Source: Paragordius varius (lineage: Eukaryota; Animalia; Nematomorpha). Taken from it: DNA of 64,000 nucleotides. Of this stretch, positions 27,199 to 63,515 are shown piece by piece. Within the stretch, counting starts at the first letter, position 1; each line of letters opens with the position of its first letter. The stretch is taken from positions 11,594,001-11,658,000 of the forward strand of contig OZ176050.1 of assembly GCA_964247055.1 (NCBI GenBank). Direction: 5' to 3'. The position numbers and the translations under genes were made by a program. Under the pieces are notes generated by a model. The model made no database searches, had not been told where the DNA came from, and saw only the letters and a program-made list of their open reading frames with translations.

Positions 27199-30100
27199 AT
27201 GGCCATGTCTGAAGTCGAAGTGGAACCTAGTGAAAACAAGAGTTCTCCGAAATCGGAGGAAATCGAATATAAAATTTTTGTTAATGATATATCTCAAGAT
27301 GTTGATAGTGCAACCCTATATTTATGCTTTGCTCGAAGATATGCATCCTGTACAGGAGCTAAAAGTTATTTTTTTCCTCATATTTAGTAATTAGAGATTT
27401 GGAAGGTTGTAACACTGGTTATGGATATGTACGTTTTAGTACAGAAACTGATAAAGATCGAGCTATCTCTGAGATGGATGGATACTTAGGTTTGGGCGGA
27501 AAAGCTATATCAATTAAGGATGCCACAAATGAAAAGTTGGTATTTTGTATTTCTTCCTTAAACTTTTGATTTCAAGCTCTTTTAGCGAGAAGACCATTTA
27601 AAAATAAATTTAAAGCCAACTTTTATATAAATTTTTAAAATTGTTTTCTATATTTTTAAATAAAAAATAAATCTTGTCAACAAAATTAACTTTTTAGCTA
27701 ATAATGATATTGTTCAAACTAAATTGATTATTTTTACATTTAAAATTGGAACTACTGGGACGGTAATTTTTTATAATGTGTAAAGCCATAACCAAAATTT
27801 ACAACCGTTTCGGTTTCCATATACTTAATTTATTTTTAATTTTTTTACATAAATGTAAATAAAAAGAGAAAAGATTCCGGAAGACCCGAATAAACATATG
27901 GCGAAGCCACAACCTGCTGCTCTGCCACCACCTATTATATATCAAGTAATTTATTTGTCTGTTATTAATCCTTTTGACAATAATCCATTAAGTTTTTGAG
28001 ATTAAAGTTTTTTCTACCGCCCTTTTAAGCATATTTTCCGCCACCAAAATTAAAAAATACCAAATACATATATTTTCTTAATTTGGAAAAATATGTTTTG
28101 TACAAAATATTAATTAAATTATGTATACCATATTTGACCTTACAATATTATTAATGTCTAGATTTATCCCTATGTGTATCTATTTTATTTACTATATACC
28201 ATTTATTTTTAAGGGTTATTTATTAAGTAATAAACGCCCATACGTAATTATTTTAATGCGGCCCGCATAGCCATTTGTGTGGAGTATCCCTGTTTTAACC
28301 GATCTAAATACTTAATCACTGAACCATATATAAATGTATAGCCAAATTTACATTTTTTTGTTTTATCCTTAATATATGGACATTTAATGATAGAATCCTT
28401 ATGTGATGGTTCCCAATATGTTTTATGCCTCGATTCCCCCACCCAATATAGCGATGGCTGGAAAAAAGGGAATTAACTCTGCCCTACACATGCCTTATTA
28501 TCAAAAGTATGGAAATTACGCCAGTGCAAAAGGTAAAATATTTTTTATATTTAATTTTGATGTTCCCAATATCACACAGTTTTATCTTATTTGTTGGTTT
28601 TTATCTAATAATCAACTGAATTAAACCCATACAACATCACTAAAAATTAAAATTATAAAAATAAAACGTAATTAAAGACTAATTTTTTTCATAGAGTCAA
28701 TCATGTATTTTTTACCTTTTCAAATATAACCTATAGTTTTAAATTGCGAAAAGAGTATTATGAACGTAAATTATATTTAAAATATAATTTTAAGACAATA
28801 TATAGAAAAAACTTTGTAATAATATATTTGTTATTTAGCTTACGTTTTGTCTTTATAATTTTTAATTTTTACCTTATATTTAGTGAGTTTTGCTGAGGCC
28901 GCTGAAAAAGCTGCACGAAAACGATATCTGAGATCAAATATGAACAATCCTCAACTATACCCCATACCTGCTGAAAATGAAGATGTAAATTTCTAATAAT
29001 TACATTTTTAATACATTTAAATTTTAGTAAAACTAAGTTATCAGTTATTATACTACTTTTATATGATTTTTTACAAATATTTACGCACACCACGATTCAT
29101 GTATGTCATTTTTGATGTGTTTTAGTGTAAAGAAATGGATGGATATGATAATTTATCGATATAATTTTCATGTTTTTCTAACATTCAATTTTATCTTTTC
29201 ATCAAATATTAGCTCAGTGAACTGGTTAATTATTATCCGGCGTTTGATGCTTCCCTTTTGGAGGACCAAAATTTATTTAACCTCTCGAATTCAGCTGCTA
29301 TAAACACAGATCAATCTACTAAGAATAACGTAAACTCCCTGCAACAAATTGTTTTGGTTGATCCACTGTCCCGTGCTATAGTGGATTCCGAAATGTTGGC
29401 TAAACTGCATCACAAAATAACTTTACAACAGGAAGAAGAACAAAGACTGATGGAAAGCCATCAAGAATATTTAGCAGAAAACAACCAAAATCAGAGGTAC
29501 ACAATATAGTTTATTTTAAATTTGAAGACTTTTTTAATTTATTTTATACATAAAGATCTGAGTTGACTAAAATAATCACTTAAATTTATGTAAAATAATT
29601 TTGTTTTTTGAATAGTAATCTAAGTTTTATAGTTTGCGTAATTTTTCAAAGATATTATGCCCGGTTTTATGTTACATACATTTTTAATATGTATTAAGTG
29701 AGCAAGATACTACGAACCCAGATTTAACTCAAAATGTCAACCCTGAAATTGCCCCAAGCTTAAACGAACAATTTTATGACATAAAAGCTTTGGTTGAGGA
29801 AACGTTAAGTCCTCCTTCATTGACAGATCTTCCTCTCATACCTATGGGTAATTTAGTACAGCAAATCAATACTTCGGAATTGATAATTAAATATCTTATA
29901 TTTTTGAAATTTTATTATTTTGGGCATAATTTTAGTTTGTGTTTTTCGAGAAATGAGTATACGAATTAAAATTTATATTTTCGGTATTTAATTAACTCAA
30001 GATAACTGACAATCTCTATTTATGATTGAAAAAAACTATTTGTTTTTAATTCGGATACGCTTAATTGATATTAGTTGTTGATTATATCTTCCTTGCTGAG

Positions 30101-30334
30101 TATTTCATTAATCAATTATAATTTTAGGTTTTTTAAAAGTTTTAAAATAATTTTAATGGATAATTTTTTTAACATTCTCATTAATAATCTATCATAGGTG
30201 GGAATCCGCTCATTGATAAAATCAACGAAGAATATATGTTATCCCGGTATGGTGAAGTGTTTGAGAGTTTTGAGCGTGCTAGGTGGTGTCCAATCAATCC
30301 AGAAACTAACGAATTTTTATTATTAGATTGTTAG
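27199..30334 (+). CDS. TRNAU1AP: tRNA selenocysteine 1-associated protein (SECp43)-like, one RRM plus conserved C-terminal motif (8 exons, ~400 aa)
   Basis: Exons 27199-27364, 27388-27535, ~27867-27945 (junction ambiguous), 28394-28532, 28884-28984, 29213-29496, 29699-29847, 30198-30334, all phase-consistent. EYKIFVNDISQDVD..FARRYASCTGAKIIRD..GYGYVRF..GYLGLGGKAI matches TRNAU1AP RRM2. INEEYM..EVFESFERARWCPI resembles its C-terminal motif. First intron is 23 nt. Confidence 0.75.
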
Positions 30335-31041
30335 CATCAAATATTTATTTTTTTCCCATTCAGTTTATGTAAATTTAAAAAATAAATATATAACTCATGT
30401 TTTTTCATGTTTGCATCATATATTCATATTTTTATAGGTTGTTAATTAAAATAGTTTTTAAGTTTTCTGTTTTATTTTAAATAATCAGGATATCATACAT
30501 AAATGTTTGTGAAAAATAACTTACAAAAGGTATTATTAGTTTATTGACATATTGTTGGAAGAAGTTATTTAAACGAGTGTATTTCTAATTTTGTATTTAG
30601 AAATAATTGGATATAAAACAATTTTCAAATTAGCCATTTGAAAAATTAAACTTGATTTAAAAACGGTAGTATTTTATCAGTGAAATATAAGCAGGACAAT
30701 TTTTTGGAAAACACGGATACCCATTCTACCTCAATCAACCTATATATTTGATATATGCGCTTAACATAACGGATCCCCTTTTCAGACTCTGAACATAACG
30801 CCACTCTATGTAAAAATGATGATTATAAATAGCAACGAACAAAAAAGCATCAGTTGGAAAAAAAATTAAATTATAATCGGGAATGTTTAAAATTCCTTGG
30901 AGTTTATCGATTTTTTCATCGCATGATTTTTTGTTAGAATGCGAAATAATGTCACCAAACTTGATCTATAACTTGAAATATAAAAACGGCTTTTAGGCTA
31001 TTATAAAGTGTAGGCCCATTCATCAATAATGGTTTAATTTC

Positions 31042-31308
31042 ATGGATAATGATAAGATAAGCGAATTAGCCATAGGGGCCGCCACCCTATGGTTTAAGAT
31101 ATTTAAGACATATTGTGCCACAGTTTCAAATATAGACCCATATATTTTCAAATCTATAGGTATTTGTCTATTAGGCATCGTTCATAGACCTCTTTATGAA
31201 CTTGCCCTTGAATTCGACCCAATATTTCATAAAACATATTGTGCTATTTACGATCAAGCTGTTTGTAAACAGTTTATGTTACGCCCTAAAAATCAATCTG
31301 CTCAATAA
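31042..31308 (+). CDS. Orphan single-exon 88-aa ORF with an internal duplicated motif
   Basis: ATG-to-stop ORF with balanced, non-repetitive composition. KTYCA occurs twice (aagacatattgtgcc / aaaacatattgtgct), each near a DP.IF-like motif. No family recognised. Confidence 0.4.
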   Translation: MDNDKISELAIGAATLWFKIFKTYCATVSNIDPYIFKSIGICLLGIVHRPLYELALEFDPIFHKTYCAIYDQAVCKQFMLRPKNQSAQ

Positions 31309-32000
31309 ATTTAAATGGCTACAATCATGACTTTTAAATATTTTAGAAGTATTAATTCTAATTTAATTTAGCGTAAATGTAGAATTAAACTTTTTAAATT
31401 AGCCACAATTAAAAATACGCCTCTGTATGAAAAGCTTTAAACGCCATAACAGAAGCCATATATATTTATTCAATCATCATATTATTATATTTATGAATGC
31501 GCTAATAGTTAGGCGCTTGGCCACTAAGTATATCACATAAAAATATACGTTTGCGATTAAAGCTTACTTACACTCCTGGTCACATGTTTCTATCATCCGT
31601 ATTTCATTTATAAATAGGTGTCAATTATGGTGTTTAGATTAACTAGTTAAATTCCGCTTTGAAATAATTACGGACAAAACTATATTTATATAAATATCTT
31701 TAATAAATCTCGATCTTATTAACAATTTCTCTAAAATAAATTAAAAAATCATTCAAAGGAAGAAACAGTCAATAAGCGATTTTGAAACCACTATTAATAT
31801 ATCGCAGAACCATTCACTATTTATTTAAAATTCCACTTAACTTACCTCCAATTTATTCAAAAGGTTAACGAATCAAAAATTTATATATATTTCATAAGGT
31901 AAAAATCAGTGTTAACAATCAATAATTATTTAATATATAGGCTTAGACTTATTTAATTAAATAAAATCAAAGTAATGCTTTTTTATCAAGCATAATTATT

Positions 32001-32776
32001 ATGATAGATAATAATGATAATCATGTATATAAATTTGAACCATTTAAGATAAAAATGGTGGAGCCTATTAAGATGACGAGCAAAGAATATCGTTTATCTG
32101 CTCTGAAAAATGCGTTTTACAATCCATTTCAACTGAAAGCTGAGGATATACTCATCGATTTATTAACGGATTCAGGCCTTTCAGCCATGAGCTCTTACCA
32201 ATGGGCTCGCATGATGGAAAGTATAAATATTTTTCATCATATATATGTGTTAGAGATTGAAATCGAAGTTTTCGGTCGAATCGGTTGTTTTTTGGTGAAA
32301 GGATTCTGATCTCTATTTGATTAAAGATTACAGACACTTCAATTATTTTAATCCATGTAAATTAAAAGCCACAATAAATATGTTTAAACAAAAAATTTAG
32401 GGTGCATTTTTATTCAAAAGTAAGTAAAATTAAATAAAAAGCTTCTTAAAAATTAAGGTTAACATTGAAGTATTTATGTTTTGGCCGTTTTCTTCCAAAA
32501 AACCTCAGAGTCCGGTTTCCCTAAAACGAATCCAGTTCCGATCCCCGCTATTTAATTATAAAAAACACTTAAAAATAGGTCAAGATGCTTATATGGGTTC
32601 ATCAAGCTTTTCCAAGTTCGTAAACACTGCAACTCATGTGACGGGATTTCAAGAAATCATCCCAACTCAACAAGGCAGATCGGCTGAAAGAATTTTGTTT
32701 CAGGGTTTGGAGTTAAGAAAGCATCACATTGTAATCTCTAATGGCTTTTTCGATACCACGAAATGTGCCTTAGGTC

Positions 32777-32828
<52 letters not shown>

Positions 32829-34577
32829 TATTAAATTTTAATAGTGTGGTTGAAAAAACTAATGCCTTGGAAAATGAAAGCCTAGACTATTTTTTGAACA
32901 AATTAATTTTGATGATGAATTTCATAAATCTATTGTTATGTTATATCATAATCAGATTGTATTGGGTGTACAACTCTAGAATATCCTGAAGTCCGAACAA
33001 AAACTAATAAAACATCAAAATTTATGGGTAACATGAACGTGGAAAAATTCAAATCGTTTTTGCAAGGTTAAATTTTAATAAAATCGAAAATTAAGCCACC
33101 TCTTTCATTTTTTGATTTAATGTAAAAAAACTTTTTCCGGGCTAAAAAAACGATTGTTACAGAAACATTCTCGTTTTAGCCTTGGAAATATTAGATTACT
33201 TATATACCCTTTAATGCAGATTTTTACAATGAATATGAATACTAATCGGAATTAAATTACTTTATATTAATATTTTTTATTTATGGGTTTAATTAATCGT
33301 AAAATTACAAAATTAAATAATAAATCTCCGATAATAGTTAGAATTGTTATACCGTAACCGCGAAAATAAAGTGGTAATGTTTACAAAAAGAAGAGATATA
33401 AAATCAACATCCTTTTTACATTAAAATAAACTTATGGCATTGTAAATTTTTATTTTATGAGAATTTACTATACATCCGATAGCTTTTGACACATATTTTT
33501 TAAAAAATTTATTAACCACAAGTTTGTTATTTATAGGACCCGAACAATATAGAGTAAATCTGTGCATTATGTGCATTACCAATTCGCACTTTAATGGATT
33601 TCCCGTTTCCCTTGAAAACGTTGCCCAAATCTCCGAACTCTGCAAGCATTATAAGATATGTTTTATCCTGGATGCTTGTCGGTTTGCCGAAAACATTTAT
33701 TTCAACAAACGCTATGAGGCTGCGTGTTTTGACAAGTCACTTATAGGTAAGAAACGTTAATTTTGTATTTAAACAAACGGTATATATATTGAAGCTTATA
33801 ATATTGAGAAAGATCTTGAGGTAAACAACTATGTTAAATTTTAATATATTATTGCAAATGATAAATTAGTAGTATAAGATAGGCTTATTACGAAGGTATT
33901 GTAAAAAGCAATGATTTAATTTTTTTTAAAATATCGATGTTTTATACACTATAAATGATGGGTTCAGTGGTGATTGTATTTAAAAAATTATCAATAATTT
34001 TGCACTGATTTAATATGATATTGTAATATTTTTAATTAGTTGAAGCGCTGTGAAATGGTTTCGCCATTATTTTTTTCTTTGCGAATCTTTCCTTCATATC
34101 GGAAAAAAGAATATATATTTTAAGCGGTTTTTCGTTTCTCATAAAACTTAACCGACTTCGATTCAAAGTAGTACTGTAGTTGTGCAATCTAAAGATATCT
34201 AAGGTTAGAGAAATTAATTTTTCAAAAAGTGTTTTTTACTGTCCCAATATTTAAATTATTCAAAAATATTTCTTAATTTTTCACATTTTTTCTATTTCAT
34301 GAGCATTTTTCATACACCAATTCTATTTGGTAATAATCATTTCAGCACTATAAATCCTAAGTCGTTCGTTACAATACATAAAATTTAGAATTTTTTGCTT
34401 AGAAATTTGCCGCGAGATGTTTTCCTACGCTGATGGTTGCTACATCTCTATGAAAAAAGACGGCCTTTGCAACACAGGTGGATTTCTAGCTCTTAAGAGC
34501 TTTGATTTAGCCCAAAAGTGTCGCGAAAATATAATTTTGAATGAAGGATTCCCAAACTATGGCGGTTTAACTGGTAA

Positions 34578-34624
<47 letters not shown>

Positions 34625-37150
34625 TATCCGTTAAATATTTTAACAAACAAATTAGAAAATTTGATTTCTCTGTATTAGGACGAGACCTTGAAGCAATGGC
34701 ACAAGGATTGTTAGAAAGCATTTCTGAGGACTTGTTATCCTACCATTTCAATTTAGTGGAAGATTTTGGAGCTCTTCTTGATCGTTTAAATTTACCCGTG
34801 ATATTACCAACTACAGGATATTCCGTATTTGTAAATGCAAGTGATATATTCCCTGCAATCAATAGATCGGAACACCCTGCCTGGTCCTTAGTTTGTGCCT
34901 TATATGTGGAAGGCGGGATTAGAGCATGCGAAATAGGTAAGCTTAGAATATATTCAGGAGTAAACCTTGCAATAATCTTAAATATGATTTTAATGGACAC
35001 TAATGCAATTATAATGTTAATTAATTACGGATTATACGTATTAACATTATTATTTAAAATTAATAATTGTATAAAAATTATTGTATAAAAAATATTTTAA
35101 TTATTTTAAATTAATATTTGTATCAACAGAAAGAGTGAATATTTAAGAGCGATAGCATTTACGGTCACAAATAAAAAAAATTTATTTTTTGGCCATTTAC
35201 AAATATTTTGATAAAAAAGATACGGCAGATCTCATATGATTCTTGCGTTACTTTTTTAGTTTTGAGGGTTATCAGTCATTAATTTAAAGCATTATTAAAT
35301 TTTTATAATTGAATCCAAAAATCGTAAATTTGGCGCCTATTATAATAGATTTTTTAAGTAGGAGCCCGAAATTTTTTATATATATATATATAATATATAT
35401 TTGGCAAACTTATCAGTATTTCGTCCAAAATTGACGAGTCATGAGCCATTGTGTAAATAAACGCAAACAATCTATGATTAAGCGATAAGTTGTTTAATTT
35501 ATGTTGATTTTTATATCCAAATCCTTTTATTTAAAAAATGCAAATTATGAATATTAATCTTATAATATTTGTTGGACCGTTTTTTAAGTCATTGGTAATT
35601 GGATGTCGCTAAAACACAGAATCGGATTTAGAAGCACCAAATTTTCTTTTGAAATGAAAAATTTAAAGTAAATTTGGTTGCGAACAAATTTTTGTTTATA
35701 TACAATGGTAAAATGTTTCATGTTTTAAAAATTTTGATGGATTTTATTTTTAAAGGAAAATATGCTTTTCCAAAATACGATTTTGATGTGATCGTATAGC
35801 ATTAATATAAAACCTCGCCCTATACTGGTTTTTGCCTTATTTAAAGTGTCCCTATCAACGATTCACTTTTTCTTGGATTTAGCTACTCTGCTAAAGTGTT
35901 ATTAGCATTAAAAGCACTAGTTTTTGGGGCAATTATCATCTAAAAGCACCATGATTAACCATAATATATTGAGAGATTGTTTTAAATGTGGAAAGCGCAT
36001 TTAAGTCATTGTAAAAAGCTGCAAAGATAAACCAAACCTTCTAGACCACCGGTAATCAAACCGCGGACCACGGGCCGCATGCAGCTCTTAAACTGTTTTT
36101 TATGACCCTATTCTTTTTTTAGCTATTTTATGGATTATAAATATCTCCATATATATCTAACAGCTATGTAATTGTTTTTTATTGTAAGGTGCACGGCCCC
36201 TGAAACACAAAAAATATTATATTCGGCACTTTTAAGAATTCAGTTAAATCTACTGTTCTAGATGCTTTATTAGTTAATATAATATTGATTGTGGTAGAAT
36301 TGTTGCCTTTATTCAATATATCTATTAAGCACTAACTCTTGCTTTTTTTGAATATGATTTGTAGAAAACAACCAGTTTTCTGTACTTACCGACATTTATG
36401 AATATAGTTATAATTATTAATAACCATGCAAAATATTTAGGAAGTGTGATGCAAGTTCCTGGTGATTACAATAGACCTCGATTGATACGGTAATATATAT
36501 GAAACCTTTTATTAATATTTATTGTATTATTTATTCTACAAAATGTTGATGGTATCTTACTAATATCTAAAAATATCAAAAAGCTTCCAAATTCACAAAG
36601 TTAAATCATAAAAAATATTTTTTATTTGAATCAAATGCCTGTGATTTATAAATGTCAAATATTTTTGCCTTTAAATACCAGGGTTTAAATTCATTTATGA
36701 CGAAATTGAGCAGCAAAAATTAAAAAACTTTGCTTAAAATAAAAAAACACAGACAAAAAAACTCCTTATAGATACATAATTTCCAAAAAATAATAAATAA
36801 AGCTTTTGACATTTACGCTATGCCTTTTTATGTCTATCTAAAGATTTTCGATTCCAAGAAGAGTCTATACTGCGTCTCACATTCAGCATGTTGCTGATAC
36901 GTTAAAATATATTGCCGATAATAGAGACATGTTTGGTGGCTATGAAATTATTGAAGAAAGCGATATTTTGCGTCATTTTACAATAAAGCTTCGGCCAAAA
37001 ATACCTTATATTTTAACGGCCAGTAAAAACAGCGCAATGACATGGAATGAAATCAAATTGAATAACACATTAACTAAAAGAAATTCTTCAAACTTGGAAA
37101 CAAAGGAAATTGATATTAATATAGATAAAAAGTCTCTGATTTTAACTTAG
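32001..37150 (+). CDS. tnaA: Tryptophanase (tryptophan indole-lyase) / tyrosine phenol-lyase family PLP enzyme, intron-containing (8 exons, 506 aa)
   Basis: Exons 32001-32220, 32579-32773, 32956-33066, 33537-33746, 34403-34573, 34679-34936, 36441-36489, 36844-37150; all GT-AG and in phase (1521 nt). Motifs [58 protein letters not shown] (PLP lysine), [28 protein letters not shown] and LRHFT. Confidence 0.93.
32783..32825. repeat. (TA)n microsatellite at the start of tnaA intron 2
   Basis: Pure TA run directly visible. Similar tracts at about 34581-34621, 51751-51788, 53711-53745, 55929-55965, 61316-61341 and 63476-63515. Confidence 0.95.
36045..36240 (+). mobile_element. hAT terminal fragment/MITE in tnaA intron 6
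   Basis: ccggtaatcaaaccgcggaccacgggccgcatgcagctc is a degenerate copy of the hAT left end seen at 22109. Confidence 0.5.
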
Positions 37151-39279
37151 AACATCAGTAATTTATTATATAAAAACACTAACGCATTGTAATTAACCAA
37201 TAAATATGTTAATAAGCTATTTAATTAGTTTACATTTGAAGAACTAAATTAACTTCATGAACCATACTGTGAATAATATCAAAAATAGGTCGGCTTTGGA
37301 AACATAATTGATATATGCCTTAAGCATATAATAGAGAGAACATTTGTTGAAAAAATTAATACGAGATATGGGTTTTAAAGTTATGCCATGCGTGAGTCGA
37401 ACCCCGACCTTCATTATTTACTTGTCCATCAGCCATGGGCAGGTTAGTGGTTAAAGCTTTTTTTGGTGCTCAATACAATTTGAGTTCTAAATGTTTGGAA
37501 ATAAGAAAGAAGACACTCTATGATAAATATATTCATTTTATGTTAAATATATATATTTAACAAAACATTTTTATGTATAAAAACCCTAGTACATAATAAC
37601 CATCAACATGCAATATATGATCAAATTTAATATCCAGAAAACATGTGATATCACATCACAGATATTCGTAATATCTTAGTCGATTGATGTATTTCAAAAA
37701 TTATACTCAATTGTTTATTTCTTTCTGCTACAATATGATCGTATGTATAAAACTAATTGTATGCCATCCTGTATTTACTATTAATTAGATAGCTTAAACT
37801 CTTTATCCTCAATAATTAATGATGATTCTTATATCAAATTTAACATTCACCGATAACAATGAGACTGATATTGAAGACGACCTTAAAAAATTTAGGTATA
37901 CAATAACATACTTAAAACAACAAAACACAATAAGATTGATTAAAAGCAACATTCCTTAATTAGCGATAATAGCATTTGTTTGCGACATCCTGCATTCAAA
38001 TGACATATCACGGGGTACACAAAAATATCCTAGATATTCTGAATGGACCATTATTCTCATTGTGCTTTTGTTTTGGGGTCTAGGAGTTATTTAAGAAAGA
38101 TGTTTTCCGTTTTATGGTAATTGCTTATCGAAAAATTAGCGAACATTTGCTAAATATAATTATGTAGTTGAAAAAGCTTATATATATATATATCATTTAT
38201 ATAAAACAATAAAATATTTTTCCAAAAATGTGGGACACTGATGATGGGATGTTGTTTATAAAAGATGAACCATTGTTTCGATTCCTAGCCTTGAAAAATA
38301 CCTGCTATGATAAAAAAATACTAGCATAAAACTATTGCACAATTTATTATTTCATATATTATTGTTTTGGTATCATTGAATAGAGCGAGGTGTCTAAATG
38401 CCTTTCAAATTAATTACAGGTATATACATAAATAAATTTAAAGATAAATAAATAAAATATCTTTTAATAACAATGCTGACTGGAAAAGTACTGTGCCAGT
38501 GTGTATAAAATATTAATATTAAATAAGGTGCGATATAGAGGTTATTAATCAATTTCTGTGGGAGAAAAAAAGATATGCGCGATGTATATCAATAAGCTAT
38601 AAATATATTAATTAATAAAATTCAAAATATATTGCACATTTTTCACTATATCGAAAAATCAATCCTCACATAATTTTGACATCATGACCACAATTAACAA
38701 AAATAATATAGGTTTGTCGAGTATGGTATATTAGGAACGTGGAATGATAAATAAAACTGACTTGATAGACTAGAGAAAGGAAAGAATAATGTTGTTTATC
38801 AAAGTTTCCTAAAAATTAGTTGACATTATCCCGATTTCATTTGTAAAAATTTATGTGTAAAAGCATTTTTTCATTGCATAGCACATAAATGGGCTTGATA
38901 TACAAGTTTAAGGGGTTAGGTTATATATTTTCGAGACGGAAATATGTATGATAAGGAATGTTTGGAATGGGTCTTTCAATGAGATCATTTGAGAAATGAA
39001 GGTAGGATATTATTAGAGACAGAAATTCGTCAACACATTGAGTGGGATATTTCTTACGGATTTAGATTATGTCTGGAAATTCGTTATAACATGTTTTTTA
39101 TTTTTTAAAGATCCGATCTGCATAAAAGCTAATCACAGTTTAATCGCTTGTTTATATGCATTTTCCATATTTTTCATGCGCCACTTTTAATAGCTGTACC
39201 GGCTGTACCGTTTGATATTATAGCAAACAACCAATCGGTTTAACATTTCTATTATTCATCTTTGGCCTATTATTTGTTA

Positions 39280-62260
<22,981 letters not shown>

Positions 62261-63483
62261 ATTTTAATGGTTAATGCTGGATAATTATTAATGATACAAT
62301 GTTGAAAATGAAAATATCAAGAATTTTTATTGGCAGATTAGGTATAATAATTGGAGGTGATATAATAATATTAAGGAATGATTTCAAAGCCACATTTCTT
62401 TTCTCGTTTGAAGTAGATTAATATTTAATGCAAAAATAATCCCTAAATGATAACCTGGATTATGTGTTTTCCAAATATAAGTTATCATTTTATGCGGCAT
62501 AATCTAGTTAAAAAAACATAAAATTTGTCCATATCACAGATTGATTTTTAAAATAAATATCTTTTTGCTTTCTAAAAGTTTCAGGTATTCGCTTAATTAA
62601 AGTTTATAGTAAAAATATATGGACCAAAAGTATCACTGGCGAAGGTTAAAATATCACAAAACAGTTTTTTTGAATCGACGTATGATTCGAAGAGATGTCA
62701 AATATAAAAAAATTAATTCAATTCGGAATACCTCAGCAAATGATTTTAGATAATTTTTCATTACTAGCACATATACATAGTTATTATGGCAATTAAGCAA
62801 GAGTGTGAAAAAAACCAAAAATATATAAATATAAATAGAAAGATAGATAAAAAACGAATGACAATTTATCAAATTAATATAATTTTTGGTTGCAGCATTT
62901 TGAAAAAAAAATAGACAGAAAAAAAAGACAAAAAAATTCCACAAGAGAAGACGTGTGAGCATGCCATTGAATATTAAAGAAATTTAACAATTAGAATATA
63001 AATAATGCTTAATAATTCATCCCCCACCCCTCTGCGCATAGGGTATATATGTGGTGTGAAAAAAACAACTTGTAACTAGTATTTTTGTGTATTGACACAC
63101 ATATTATCCAATATGTCATTAAAAATTAATGACTCTAGAAAAACATAAGTAGTAAGTATATGGTTAATTTGTCTATTCAAAAATTAAGCCTTATATACCA
63201 AAATTGTGCGATTAATATAAAAGATAACGTTCAAAATTATAAAAGGGAAAAAAATGTTGACGAATAATCAAAATTTTTACTCTATTATATACAAGTAAAG
63301 TAGGTACTTTGTGTTATATTTAATATATATATGTGTGTTTAATTTTAAATCCGTGTCTCATTATTATCGATAAAAACCAAAATTGCCATTTCTATCAAGA
63401 ACCAACCAACCACCAACAGAAAAAAAAGATAAAAATATAATTAAATCAATAAAATTATGTTGAATTGTCATATATTTATATAT

Positions 63484-63515
<32 letters not shown>

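Noticed and set aside
31042-32000. Bacterial tnaC-tnaA operon-like arrangement, or bacterial contamination
   Set aside because: No short TnaC-like leader peptide is present. tnaA has seven spliceosomal introns with host repeats and is contiguous with metazoan genes.
37385-37460. tRNA gene (GGTTCGACTC B-box-like on minus, TAGTGGTTAAAGC A-box-like on plus)
   Set aside because: The two boxes are on opposite strands and no cloverleaf can be folded. At most a decayed SINE fragment.
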